A stretch of 63,627 nt of DNA, counting the filler, from Neolecta irregularis DAH-3 (taxonomy: Eukaryota), in assembly GCA_001929475.1 (NCBI GenBank). It is 5 parts of 5 records of this genome, joined end to end, with 100 filler letters (N's around TTAATTAATTAA, not from the genome) between each part and the next. Parts side by side here need not be neighbours in the genome. Positions count along the whole stretch, not along the records: positions 30,954 to 59,832 come from LXFE01004131.1; positions 59,933 to 62,454 come from LXFE01000580.1; positions 62,555 to 63,627 come from LXFE01004169.1; 2 more parts are not named here. The stretch is one strand, 5' to 3'. Shown here one piece after another: positions 50,764-63,046 of the stretch. Position 1 is the first letter of the stretch. Each line of letters opens with the position of its first letter. The position numbers were made by a program, and so were the translations under genes. Under the pieces are notes generated by a model. The model was not told where the DNA came from and ran no database searches. It saw only the letters and a program-made list of their open reading frames with translations.

Positions 50764-53700
50764 ATGGACCACAGTCAGTATAACTACAATGCCATGTCAA
50801 ACCTGGTTATCCAGGCTGACAAGCGCTTCGTTGGCAAGCGCGGCGATGAGCCCACCGGCGAACCCACATCTCTTGCTGGAAAGATCGATCCGAAAGAAAT
50901 GGGAAGCCGTGCCAGAAGGCCAAATCCCACAGAGAAGAAACTCCCTAAGGACTCATCAAAACCTAAAAAGGAGAAAAAGAATAAATATATTGGATACGCT
51001 AATGTAATTGAAGCTACCGAGGATTTAGAGGGTTTGCTGTATCGCCCTCGAACGAAGGAAACTTCAGAAATTTACGAAAAGATATTGGCTTTTGTTCACG
51101 AGGACCTCGGCGACCAGAGTCAGGATATTGTCAGATCAGCAGGAGACGCTGTACTCGAGATACTAAAGTCAGATGGTCTAAAAGATCTTGACAAGAAAAA
51201 AGAATGTGAAAGGATTCTAGGGGCTACGATGTCTTCAGAAAAGTTTGCTCTGTTAGTCAATTTGGGTCGTAAAATTACAGACTACGGTGCAGACGAGGAA
51301 GAAAAAATGCGAGATGTAGATGACGATGGCGAAATTGACGACGAACAAGGAGTCGCTGTCATTCTCAATGAATCTGAATCAGAAGAGGAAAGCGATGAAG
51401 ACAGTCAACCCGATGTTGCAGATGATGCAGCAGAACCTGGATATTCCGGTGTTGTTATTGGCGATGAAGAGGTAAAAGATTCCGACCCAGAAGTAATCGA
51501 TCGGACTATTGTGGGCGATGTCTCAAAGGTCGATAATAATGCGGAAGATAAGGTATCAGCGCACGGAATTGATGCATTTTGGCTCCAGAGAACAATTGCT
51601 GCACAATATCAAGACCCTTATGTCCTTCAAGAAAAAACTTCAGCCGCGATGGAAATTCTTCGATCAACAACCAGTATCGGCGAAATTGAGAATGGCTTGA
51701 TGGAGCTTTTTGAATTTGAAAACCACAAGTTGGTCCAGCTACTCGCGAAGAATCGTGATGCAATTGTCTGGTGCACTCAGATTGATCTTGCACCTGACGC
51801 TGATGCCCGTCGGGGATTGGAAATTCAGATGGAGGAACAAGGCCTCTCTTGGCTCCTTCGCGAACTTCGAGGCGATCGAAACGCAAAGGATGTAACCTCA
51901 CAGACAACCGCCAAACCAGACGCCGATGCCATGGATGTTGACGACTCTAGATCAATCTCCAGAGGAAAAGTTGTTTCGGAGTCGCTCAAACCAAGCACTG
52001 CACCAATAGATCTTGAAAGTCTTGCTTTTACCCAAGGAGGTCGTCTCATGACCAACAAACAGGTTAAGCTTCCTGAAGGAACGACTAAACGAGAAAAAAA
52101 AGGGTACGAAGAAATACATGTTCCCGCGCCTCCTCAGAGACCTATTGGCGATCAAGTTACTTTAGACCGTTTGCCCGCTTGGACAAAAGCAATTTGGCCT
52201 CCTGGCATGACACATCTTAATCCTGTTCAGTCAAAGATTTTCCCGGTAGCATTTGGCACAGATGAAAATATATTGATTTGTGCCCCTACAGGTGCCGGAA
52301 AAGTATTTACGCCTCTCTTTAAATAATGCTGATAGTTTAGACAAATTGTGCTCTATTATGTATCATTAACGAACTTGCCAAATACCGCAATTCTGATGGT
52401 TCTTTTAATACAGAGAACTTCAAGATTGTCTATATCGCTCCTTTGAAAGCGCTTGTACAAGAAATGGTTGAAAATTTCACCAAAGCATTGGACAAACACC
52501 CATATAACGTCAAGGTCGCTGAACTGACTGGAGATCGCCAGCTAACAAAGCTGCAAATTTCGCAGACCCAAATTATTGTCACCACGCCAGAGAAATGGGA
52601 CGTTATTACGCGAAAAGCAACCGATACGAGTTACACGAATCTTGTAAGATTAATTATTATTGACGAAATCCATTTGCTTCACGATGATCGTGGACCGGTA
52701 TTGGAGAGTATTGTGGCAAGGACATTACGAAAGATGGAACAAACTCTCGAACCCGTTCGTCTCGTCGGATTGTCTGCTACACTACCCAATTTCAACGATG
52801 TCGCAACATTCCTTCGAGTTGATCAGCAAAAAGGACTTTTTTATTTCGATGCATCACACCGGCCTTGTCCATTACAGCAACAATTTATCGGTATCACGGA
52901 AAAGAAAGGCATAAAACGATTACAAACAATGAACGAATGTGCATATGAGAAATGTCTTGAATATGCTGGTCGAGAACAAGTTCTCGTTTTTGTGCATTCT
53001 CGTAAAGAAACCGCCAAGACAGCAAAATATATCAAAGACAAAGCCCTTGAAGAAGAAACAATTACAAAGTTTCTAAGATCAGACGCCGGTGCCCGAGAAG
53101 CTTTGGCTGCCGACGCTGAAGATTCAAAGGATGGCAATCTTCGGGAGTTGTTGCCTTATGGATTTGCTATACATCACGCCGGTATGACTCGAGCGGATCG
53201 AACATCAGTAGAGGAATTATTCAAAAAGGGTCTTGTTCAAGTTCTCGTTTCGACGGCTACTTTGGCCTGGGGTGTGAATCTTCCTGCGCACACTGTTATC
53301 ATCAAGGGAACACAAATCTACTCGCCAGAGAAGGGTCGATGGATCGAACTTTCCCCCCAAGATGTCATTCAGATGCTCGGAAGAGCCGGGCGACCTGGCT
53401 ATGATACCTATGGTGAAGGTATCATTATTACAGCTCACTCAGAGTTGCAATATTATCTCAGTTTGATGAATCAGCAGCTTCCTATAGAAAGTCAATTCGT
53501 TGGGAAACTTGCTGATAATTTTAACGCGGAGATTGTCTTGGGCACTGTCAGAAGTATGAAGGAGGCTGTGGAATGGCTTGGATACACCTACTTGTGCGTT
53601 TTAAAGTCTAAAACTTGTTTTTGCTGATTGATTAGGTATATCCGAATGCGCAAGTCTCCTGGGCTGTACGCCGTTGGTGCTGATTACGCCGATGACACCC

Positions 53701-56700
53701 TTCTAGAACAGAAGCGAGTCGATCTCATATTTTCTGCTGCAGTCAAACTTCGTGAATGCGGTTTGTTAGTGTATAATGAGAAGACGGGTCGTTTTCAATC
53801 TACCGAGCTCGGTCGAATTGCCGCACACTATTACATCAACCACGATTCAATGCTGGCATATGCGAAATCGTTTCGTCCCAAGCGAATTGGGCGAGGTCCA
53901 GAAGATCCCCATGTGCCACAAGAAGTCCCGTTCATGTCCTTTATTGAATTGTTTCGTATTTTTTCAGAGTCTGCAGAATTCAAGTATATCCCTGTTCGAG
54001 AAGATGAAAAAATGGAACTTGCAAAACTTATTGAACGTGTTCCCATTCCAGTTGAAAAAGGCGTGGATGATCCAAAAGCAAAAATCAACGTTCTTCTTCA
54101 AGCTTATATCTCTCGTTTAAAGCTTGAGGGATTCGCCTTGGTAGCTGATATGGTCTACGTGACTCAATCTGCTGGCCGAATACTCCGCGCTGTATTCGAA
54201 ATAGCTCTCAAACTTGGTTATGCGCAGGTTGCCAAACAAGCACTCGACATGTGTAAGATGGTTGACCAGCGGATGTGGATGACGATGTCTCCTCTTCGCC
54301 AATTTACATCCTGTCCTGCAGATGTCATTCGCCGAGTTGAACGTAAAGATTTTCCTTGGACTCGATACTTTGATCTTGATCCTCCTGAAATGGGAGAATT
54401 GCTCGGTTTACCAAAATTCGGTCGTCTAGTCCATGGTCTCGTTCACAAATTTCCCCGTCTCAAGCTTCAGGCTCATGTGCAACCAATCACACGCTCGCTT
54501 CTCCGAATAGAACTGAGCATCACGCCTGATTTCCAATGGGATGAAGCTATTCATGGATTCGCAGAGCAATTCTGGATTATCGCAGAAGATAGCGACGGAG
54601 AGCGGATTCTTTTCCACGATAGTTTTGTCCTTCGTCAGAAATATGCCACGGATGAACATATCATCGATCTTACTGTTTCCGTTTCAGATCCTATTCCACC
54701 GAATTATTTCATTACTGTCGTGTCGGATCGTTGGATGCACTCAGAAACCAAGTTACCCGTGTCCTTTCGTCATTTGATTTTACCCAAGAAATACCCTCCT
54801 CCAACTGAATTACTCGAACTTCAATCTCTACAAGTGAATGCTCTTCGAAAACCTGAATTTGTCTCAATATATTCATCAACCTTTAAACACTTCAACAAGA
54901 TTCAAACGCAGACTTTTAACACGCTATATAATACGGATGACAATGTATTCATTGGAGCACCTACTGGCAGCGGTAAAACTGTTTGCGCCGAATTTGCCCT
55001 TTTACGTCATTGGTCGAAAGCTGATTCAGGCCGTGCTGTGTATATTGCTCCAACTCAAGATCAAGTTGATCAGAGACACGGTGATTGGAAGGAACGCTTG
55101 GGCAATATCGCGGGTGGAAGGGCAATTGTTATGCTAACTGGAGAACTTAGCGCCGACTTGAAACTTCTTGAACAAGGTGATCTTATCCTTGCTACACCTC
55201 TACAATGGGATGTTGTTTCAAGACGTTGGCGACAGAGAAAGAATGTTCATACTGTCAAGCTTTATATCGTTGATGACCTCCACATGCTTGGATATGGACA
55301 AAATGGATCGACATATGAAGTCATCGTATCCAGAATGCGGTACGTCGCTGCACAACTCGAAGTCAAGAGCCGTATTGTTGCACTGAGTGTTTCTCTTGCA
55401 AATGCTCGAGATCTCGGAGAATGGATCGGCGCAAATAAACAAACCGTTTACAACTTTAGTCCTGAAGCACGATCGATTCCGCTTGAAGTTAGTATCCAAT
55501 CTTTTACTATTCCGCATTTCCCTTCATTGATGCTTGCAATGGCCAAACCTACATACCTCGCCATCTCTACAATGTCAACAAACAAACCAGCTATCATTTT
55601 CGTTTCAAGTAGAAAACAAGCTCGTGCCACAGCCTTAGAATTACTTACATTCTGCGCAGTTGACGACGATGAAGACAGATTTCTAATTGCTTCCAAAAGT
55701 GATTTGAAACCCCATCTAAATCGTCTAGAAGATAAAGGCCTAGCAGAGGCTTTGGAGCATGGTATCGGATATATCCATGAATCACTTAGTAAGAACGATC
55801 GCCACATAGTCGAGCATTTATATGAGAATAGAGCTTTTCTGGTTCTTTTGGCCTCAAGAGAAGTTTGTTGGTCTATCAAGGCTGTTGCTCATATGGTTGT
55901 TATTATGGGGACTCAATACTATGAAGGTCGAGAGCATCGTTATATTGATTATCCTCTTGTATAAACCCCGTTAACCTCCATTAATATTTGCTAATTGTAT
56001 AGTGTGATGTACTACAAATGTTTGGAAAAGCCGGAAGAGCTCATGAGGATGCACTTGGTCGAGCAGTCCTAATGACACCCGCTGTAAAAAAGGAATATTA
56101 TAACAAATTCCTTAAGGAATCTTTACCTATCGAAAGTCATCTTCAGCACTTTTTGCACGATGCATTCGTCACTGAAACATCCACTAAAACCATCGAGAAC
56201 AAGCAAGATGCAGTTGATTGGATTACCTGGACATATATGTATCGAAGACTTGATGCTAATCCGGGATTTTACGGTCTACAAGATGTTTCGCATGGGGCGC
56301 TTTCGGATTTCTTGAGCGATCTCGTCGAGAATACACTTAATGACCTTGTGGAAGCCAAGGTTATCAACATTGAAGATGATGTGAATATAGAACCCCTTAA
56401 TCAAGCCATGATCAGTGCGTACTATAACATCACTTATATCACGATGCAAACTTTCCAATTGAGTAGGCTATTTACCTTTGTTATAAGCTAAAATATTCTA
56501 GGTTTAACTGAACGTACTAAACTTAAGGGCTTACTCGAAATTATTACATCAGCCGCAGAGTTTGAAGATTTGCCGATTCGTCATCACGAAGACATCGTTT
56601 TAAAAAGAATATATGATCGTATTCCGGTAAAGCTTTCTCAACCGGATTTTGAATCTCCGCATTTTAAAGCGTTTGTGTTACTTCAAGCGCACTTTTCAAG

Positions 56701-57469
56701 ACTTGCTTTACCTCCGGACTTGGTTGTTGATCAATCTGCTGTGTTGTCTAAAGTTTTGAATTTGCTGAGTGCTTGTGTTGATGCCATGTCTTCTGAGGGT
56801 TTCTTCAATGCAATTTATGCCATGGAGATGTCGCAGATGTGTGTACAAGCTATCTGGGATCGAGATAGTCCTTTAAAACAGGTTCCTCACTTTACTCTGG
56901 ACGTTCTTGAACGATGCAAAGAAGCCGGGTATTTCTATTGGATTGATCAATAATTGACTGGTAGCGTTGAATCGGTGTTTGATATCATGGATTTAGACGA
57001 CAAGCGAGATGGAATTTTACAAATGGATGCACGACAACTTGCTGCTGTAGCCACCTTTGCGAATAAATATCCCAATCTCGAGTTAACTTTTGAACTAGAG
57101 GGGCCAGATGAAATTACCTCGGGAACTCAGACTGTTATCAAGATTGATCTTGTTCGAGAAACGGATGACGAAGATGATGTCGATACAATCGTTCACGCAC
57201 CATTCTACCCTTTGAAAAAAATGGAAAGTTGGTACCTTGTCATCGCAGATCCTGTTGCAAAAGCCTTGTTTGGTATCAAACGAGTGACACTGAATCGACG
57301 GTTATCAGTGAAAATGGACTTTGTGGTTCCCACTGCGGGAAAAAAGAATTATGTTTTGTATTGTATTTGTGACAGTTATGCTGGCTGTGATCAGGAATTT
57401 CCTGTCGAATTTACTGCAGCACAAGGAGAAGAAGAGAGTGAAAATGAGGATGCAATGGATGAAGATTGA
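50764..57469 (+). CDS. BRR2: U5 snRNP 200-kDa helicase Brr2
   Basis: [15 protein letters not shown]-terminus; two Ski2-like helicase/Sec63 cassettes ([31 protein letters not shown]). Confidence 0.98.
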
Positions 57470-57523
57470 ATGGGATAAGATTAATACACGAGATTACATT
57501 TCAAACGCCAAAACATTGCCAAT

Positions 57524-58606
57524 TTAATTTACCTTTTTGCTTGATTGATAACCAACTCCTTTACAACTAACCAAAATACCTCCATTTTCCACATCAGGCC
57601 GTAAAATAAATTCTGTTGCAAAAAAGGTTTGCATATCGCGCAACAACTGGACCATATTTTCATCTGGTTCACTTCCAATTCTAATCTTGCTCAAATCTTG
57701 GCTGGCAAGAACCATACTTTGCAATAACAAAGTCCGGCCAATGGTATCTACACAACCCCCCTTTTCAATTTCGCAAAGCAACATCCTTGCGCATTTTATA
57801 CCGATATCGTCTGCGCTTTCTCCGGCGCTTCCGGTGGTTTCTGCGGAATATAAACAGCCTGTGGTTGATTCTGCTACCAGTGACAAGGCAAACCCGGGTG
57901 ATTTCCCACTTTCTTGGCCCCTATATACATCGGTGTAAATGTAAATGTCGGGGATAAAGCGGTTCAGTACGCTTCTAGTTGACTCGACTAGACGGTTTGC
58001 AATGGCGGGTGACACGCGAGTTGATGAAGCGATGCCTCTTATCCTTTTAATTTTACCGGGAGTTGTGAAATGCAGTGTACTGAAATGTCGGATCTGTTTA
58101 GAGCAGGTGAAATGGATTTCTCCTCCACCCAATGGCGGTGCTCCTCTTTTCAAGATGCGTAATTCTAGGCCGTCATCGACGCCTATTCGTTTAAGTAGTG
58201 GCAATATTGCTGTTCGTAGCGTATCGACTCCAATATCTAGGTCGTTTGAAGTGATGCCGGTCAACGTGATACCCACTGGAGATTTGCAGAGAGGGGCGAT
58301 GAAGATTAGAGGTTCGAGAAAATAACCGAGGGCTCTTGATAAACAACATTCATGGGAGAATTTCCCGCCGACGAGGATTCCGGGACGATAGAGCACTGTT
58401 GTGCCGGTATATGAAATTTCGATAACGGATCCATTTGTGAGTTTTTCAAGTAGTCGTAGAAACGATACTTCGAAATCTTTTAATCCTGGTTCGAGATCAT
58501 CTGGACGGATCTCTTCGAATCGTACTTGTCGACCGGTTAGTGTCGATAGAATCAAACGAGATCTGAAATGTCCGTGGCCTGTGAATTTGAGGGTAGTAGG
58601 AGCCAT
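57524..58606 (-). CDS. RCL1: RNA 3'-phosphate cyclase-like 18S rRNA biogenesis protein
   Basis: FRSRLILSTLTG, EISYTGT, KRGAPPLGGGE, DIYIYTD and SPGF; intronless. Confidence 0.95.
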   Translation of the reverse strand: MAPTTLKFTGHGHFRSRLILSTLTGRQVRFEEIRPDDLEPGLKDFEVSFLRLLEKLTNGSVIEISYTGTTVLYRPGILVGGKFSHECCLSRALGYFLEPLIFIAPLCKSPVGITLTGITSNDLDIGVDTLRTAILPLLKRIGVDDGLELRILKRGAPPLGGGEIHFTCSKQIRHFSTLHFTTPGKIKRIRGIASSTRVSPAIANRLVESTRSVLNRFIPDIYIYTDVYRGQESGKSPGFALSLVAESTTGCLYSAETTGSAGESADDIGIKCARMLLCEIEKGGCVDTIGRTLLLQSMVLASQDLSKIRIGSEPDENMVQLLRDMQTFFATEFILRPDVENGGILVSCKGVGYQSSKKVN

Positions 58607-58646
58607 AAATTAATTTTTTTGCCGCCACATTTTTGTTGGCTGATCA

Positions 58647-58771
58647 TGTGACTGTATCAAAATACTCGTCATGAGTTTGTCATGTGACCTTGTACATCTA
58701 TGACGTTATTTCAGATGGTCAGATTAGCTAGTGGCTATTGACCAATATCATGGACTATGTAATTGTGACTG
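58647..58771 (-). promoter_or_regulatory. Two Homol-D-like boxes (CAGTCACA) upstream of RCL1
   Basis: TGTGACTG at 58647-58654 and 58764-58771 on the plus strand, plus near-matches. Confidence 0.4.
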
Positions 58772-58968
58772 AAGGACGGCGTAATTATAGGTGTGATTGC
58801 AGGACGATAAAAGGGTATATATAATATATGCAATTTTGTGACATGGTACTATTGTGTAAAGAACAAGAGGTAAATATATCTTACGGTCAAAGAAAGGAAG
58901 AACGAAGGAGGCAAAACTGATATATCACGCGCGCTTGAAATAAACAACCAGGGGAAAGGGCATTTATG

Positions 58969-59649
58969 TTATTCATCCTTGTAGAATTTCTTGAGCCATA
59001 TTTCTGCTTGCCTGTACTCTAACCGGACCTGTTCAAGGGTGTCTTTGATGCGTCTGAGGCAGAGGTCTGGATCGTTCACGGAATGGGCTCCTGTTTCGTC
59101 TTTACCAGCGCCGAAATTCTGGATTCGTTCGCAGGAAGCCTTTACTTTTGTGAGGCCAAGGGCAGCGGAAGAGCCTTTTAGGAAGTGACCGAGGGAGCCG
59201 AGGGTGTTGAGGTCTGCTTTTTCTCTGATAGAATTAGCGGGATTGGAGGATGAGAAGAATACAGGGCTGCTTGTATTTTATGAAAGGTGTCTTCAGCCTG
59301 GTCAAAGTAGTGCCAGACGATGCCCTTTGAGAATTCTCGCTCTCCGTCGTCGTCCATTTCAAGGAGCTGGTCAAAGATGGATCTGTCCATAAAGTCGTGT
59401 TCATGGTCGGTGTCGGTGTCAGTGTCAGTGTCTTTGTCTTTGACTTTGACTATGTCTTTCTCTTTGTCTTTGACTTTGTCGTGGTCGGTGTCTTTGTCAT
59501 GGTCAAAGTGGCCATGGGTGGATGCTATTGAGTGGGAGGAGCTTGGGGGGTCTTTCGAAGCGGAAGCGGCTGTTGAGGAAGCAGTAGCCGGGCGGGGCTG
59601 CGAGTGGGTCAGTGGGGGAGAGCGGGCGCGGGGATACAGGGGCGGGCAT
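58969..59649 (-). CDS. YPD1: Histidine phosphotransfer protein (HPt)
   Basis: FDQLLEMDDD..REFSKGIV, LGHFLKGSSAALGL and CERIQ; N-terminal DK/DT repeat; two introns. Confidence 0.92.
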
Positions 59650-59744
59650 GGTGGATGGGCGAGAGACAGACAGGGCCGGGGGTGGGAGAGAGAGAGAGAG
59701 GGTGGTGGAGGCACCTTGCAGCCTGCTTGGCCAAGCAACGCCCA

Positions 59745-59832
59745 CGCGGCATCTCTATGTCTATAAAGCGGCATCTACGCCATCACGGCATGTATCATGT
59801 CTGTAGCGGCATCTACGCCATCACGGCATGTA
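59745..59832 (+). repeat. Tandem repeat (about 38 bp, GCGGCATCTACGCCATCACGGCATGTA...) at the contig end
   Basis: Repeated copies run into the spacer. Confidence 0.75.
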
Positions 59833-59932
59833 NNNNNNNNNNNNNNNNNNNNNNNNNNNNNNNNNNNNNNNNNNNNTTAATTAATTAANNNNNNNNNNNN
59901 NNNNNNNNNNNNNNNNNNNNNNNNNNNNNNNN
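59833..59932. other. Artificial contig spacer
   Basis: N + TTAATTAATTAA + N. Confidence 0.98.
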
Positions 59933-60837
59933 CGCGTTGTGCGCCTTCATGTGCAGCCCGCACGCGTTGCTGCCGGTCAGCGCGGCGGGCAGCGGGCAGC
60001 GGGCGCGCACCACAGCGAGTGCCGCTTGTCCGGCGTGCGGCGCCACAGCGGCGTGGTGTCTGTGCCGCAGTTGGAGCAGCGCGGCTTGCGGTCCGCCACA
60101 GGCGGGGGCGCGGGTGCGGGTGCGGGTGCGGGTGCGGGCGAGGACGAGAACGCGCAGTCGCAGCCGTCGTCCAGGCACGGCGTGTCCCATGGCGTGTCCC
60201 ACGGCGTGTCCCACGGTGGTGCGAGGTGTGGCTGGGCATACCGCCAGGCGCTGTATGCAAAGGCGGTGGCGGCCGGCGAGAGCTGCGGGCTCGATGACAC
60301 ACGGCTCTTGCCAGGACTGTCCAGCCCAGGGAGACTCTGACTCTGACTGTGACCGAGACTCTGACTGTGACCGAGACTCTGACTGTGACTCTGACTCAGA
60401 CTCCCAGTCATGTCCATACTGTCAGCCATACTGTCAGCCATACTGTCGGCCAGGCTGCCCGCCATACTGTCAGCCAGACTGCCAAAGCTCGGCGTGCGCG
60501 GCTCCCCGCGCATCCACGGGTGCAGGTGCATCGGAGATCCACTATCGCCCGCCTCAAACTGCCCCTCCACGTTCAGGTAGTCGTGCATGCTGTCGTCATA
60601 CACCGAGAATAATGCCGGCTCCCGCGCAAACGCCATCCTGTTGGCTGCTGCAGGCCGGCGCGCACTCCCGCTTTTAAGCTCCTGCCCCGGATAGACCAGA
60701 TTCGCAAAATCGCCAGGGTTCTTCAGTCCACCTCGTTTCCCACCTGCATCGCCGTTAGCTGCCGTGACGCAATCTGCGGCCGCAGGTGGGACATGCGTGC
60801 TTCTCTCCCCTTCCAAAGTAAAAGGCCATACGTTCAA
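59933..60837 (-). CDS. GATA zinc-finger transcription factor, 3' truncated by the gap
   Basis: [28 protein letters not shown] (C-X2-C-X18-C-X2-C), split by a GT-AG intron; start uncertain. Confidence 0.85.
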
Positions 60838-61116
60838 TTGTGAACCCCGCTATTTATGCGATCATCCCGAGGGCTGCGATGCAAGGTTCGCAAGTGCGCA
60901 AGCATGGAAAATCATCCTTCTTGGAGGTGTCACATCCTCTCCTCAAAACCGCCCCACGTCCTCCTCCTGCCCGGTTTCCCCCGACCCCCTAGAAATAGCG
61001 CCTCCACACCAAAACCCAGGCTACATACGCCAGTCCCCTTGGATTGAATCCTGCGATGCAGCCACTCCATGCCCCGCTCTGCCTTTCAGATAGCTCCCTG
61101 CTGCACACAGATCAAG

Positions 61117-62387
61117 ATGGATACTCGGCACAAACATGTGAGCCCTATTCCAGAATCCTTACAGATCTCTTTAGACCCGGTTTTCGAACGACGATCGCGT
61201 CGCAAAATGCTCCACGACCCCTGTATACCTCAAATTGAAGTATCAAAGTCTCGAACCAAGACAAGCAAGATATCAAAGAGAGTGTCAAGACCTTGTAAAC
61301 AGAATGGTCTAGATCCTATAATCCCATCTTCAAACCGCCTAACGGTAATTTACCGCTGGTGCACACTACGCTAAACCCTGCAAGCTGAGAAATCCTCGCC
61401 GCGTTGGCATCTTCAGCAAGGGCAAAGCTTCATCGCCTGCAAAGCCCACAGGACGTACATGCAATTCCTCTCCTGTTTTGACCTCTGCAGTCCCAGACCT
61501 TGCATTCTCCGAAATGAAGTTTCTCCGAAAATCATTCTCTACATCTCAAATAGTTAATTCAGAACCTCATGCCCCCACAATTCTGCCCGCTAAAAGACAA
61601 AGGCAAAATAGTACCTCTTCAGAGAAAGCATACACATGGAGTAACAGCGACACCCAGCCATCGAAAATTCACGCAACCCTCGAGTACGCCACTTGCGAAA
61701 TGGAAGCCAACTCTCCAATAGCATATAGTTCAATAAACATGGTCAATCACAATCCATACCAAACTGTAAATGATTTGCCGGATGGCAATCATGCTGCAAA
61801 AAAACTTGATTTGCCTAGCTCACATGACGCTGACATCAGTATTCCAGAGCAGCTAAAGGCTAGGAAAACGCCGAGTATCAAAGAGGCAGGTTTCCCCTTG
61901 CTTGATTTCCTAACTTTAGAGTTCAGGTTCGCCTCTTTCTGCATTGCTTCGAGAGTTTCAAGAGGCAACCCGGACAGCATGGGTCACTGCCAGGTTACAA
62001 ACCAATTCTCTTTCTGATGACTCTCGACAAAGAGGGCAAGACTATCATTATCAACAGACTAAACAGCCTCCTCGCTGCAAGCTTCCAAGACACGATACTT
62101 TAACTGAAAGCTACAATGAACCTTTCCATGAAGCCCCTGACTTGGGACAAGATACAGACCTGAACTTTGACGAAATGGATTCTTCTCTTATTGACAGCTC
62201 ATACCCAGCACACCCACAGATTCTTCACTCTGACGAAAAGGAACCCCNNNNNNNNNNCCAAACTTCTCTTATTGACAGCTCATACCCAGCACACCCACAG
62301 ATTCTTCACTCTGACGAAAAGGAACCCCTCGAAACCTATCTTGATGTTCCCTATCACGGATTTTGGAAAAGACATCGCCCGTATTAA
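61117..62387 (+). CDS. Conserved fungal hypothetical protein (possible PRR19-like)
   Basis: Spliced motifs FERRSRRK, RLT|LRNPRRVGIFSKGKAS, LPDLAFSEMKFL and C-terminal GFWKRHRPY; three canonical introns; overlap duplication around a 10-N gap at 62248-62257. Confidence 0.7.
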
Positions 62388-62454
62388 TATTGCTTCATGC
62401 ACCTAGTTCCTTAATGCCTTTTGTAGTTCTATTGCTGTTGACATGTCCTCATCG

Positions 62455-62554
62455 NNNNNNNNNNNNNNNNNNNNNNNNNNNNNNNNNNNNNNNNNNNNTT
62501 AATTAATTAANNNNNNNNNNNNNNNNNNNNNNNNNNNNNNNNNNNNNNNNNNNN
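62455..62554. other. Artificial contig spacer
   Basis: N + TTAATTAATTAA + N. Confidence 0.98.
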
Positions 62555-62676
62555 CCTGCCTCAGAGGCTCGGCAGGCAGACGGGTCAGATTTCGAGGGAG
62601 GCTGCTAATCCGCCTGCCCGCCTGGCACATGGATTTAACTGGGTGTCACCATATTGCAAGCATTGGAGAATATAAA

Positions 62677-63011
62677 AGGGTACGTTTGGTTCGCGCTAAA
62701 TTTCATAAAATGTGATTGGAATTTCAGGCGCGCGTTTGGTGCGCGCCACAAAGTACCAGGACTAGGTCACAGATCATTGACTTTCAAAGCAAGTCCTTTC
62801 GGTCAAGATGTCGCCTAGAACATCGTCCTCCACTTGAATCAGTCCGAGCAGTGAATCAGTCCGAGCAGTGAATCAGTCCGAGCAGTGAATCAGTCCGAGT
62901 AGTGAATCAGTCCGAGCAGTCAGATTTCGACATATAAATGTGGAGCCCACCAAACGCGCGCCTGAATTCCAATCACATTTTATGAAATTAAGCGCAAACT
63001 AATCGCACCCT
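62677..63011. mobile_element. MULE-like MITE with ~75-bp terminal inverted repeats and an internal 17-bp x5 tandem array
   Basis: 62677-62750 is the reverse complement of 62939-63011. Imperfect 9-bp target-site duplication gaatataaa/aaatgtaaa. TGAATCAGTCCGAGCAG x5 at 62835-62919. Confidence 0.8.
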
Positions 63012-63046
63012 AAATGTAAAAGAAATGATATATTAATACACATTAA

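Noticed and set aside
62179-62328. Tandem duplication in the last gene
   Set aside because: Identical copies flank a 10-N gap, so this is an assembly overlap artefact.
10930-62554. Recurring TTAATTAATTAA between N-runs
   Set aside because: Artificial six-frame-stop contig linker, not biological.
62835-62919. 17-bp repeats as a CRISPR-like array
   Set aside because: Head-to-tail copies with no spacers, inside a MITE, in a eukaryote.
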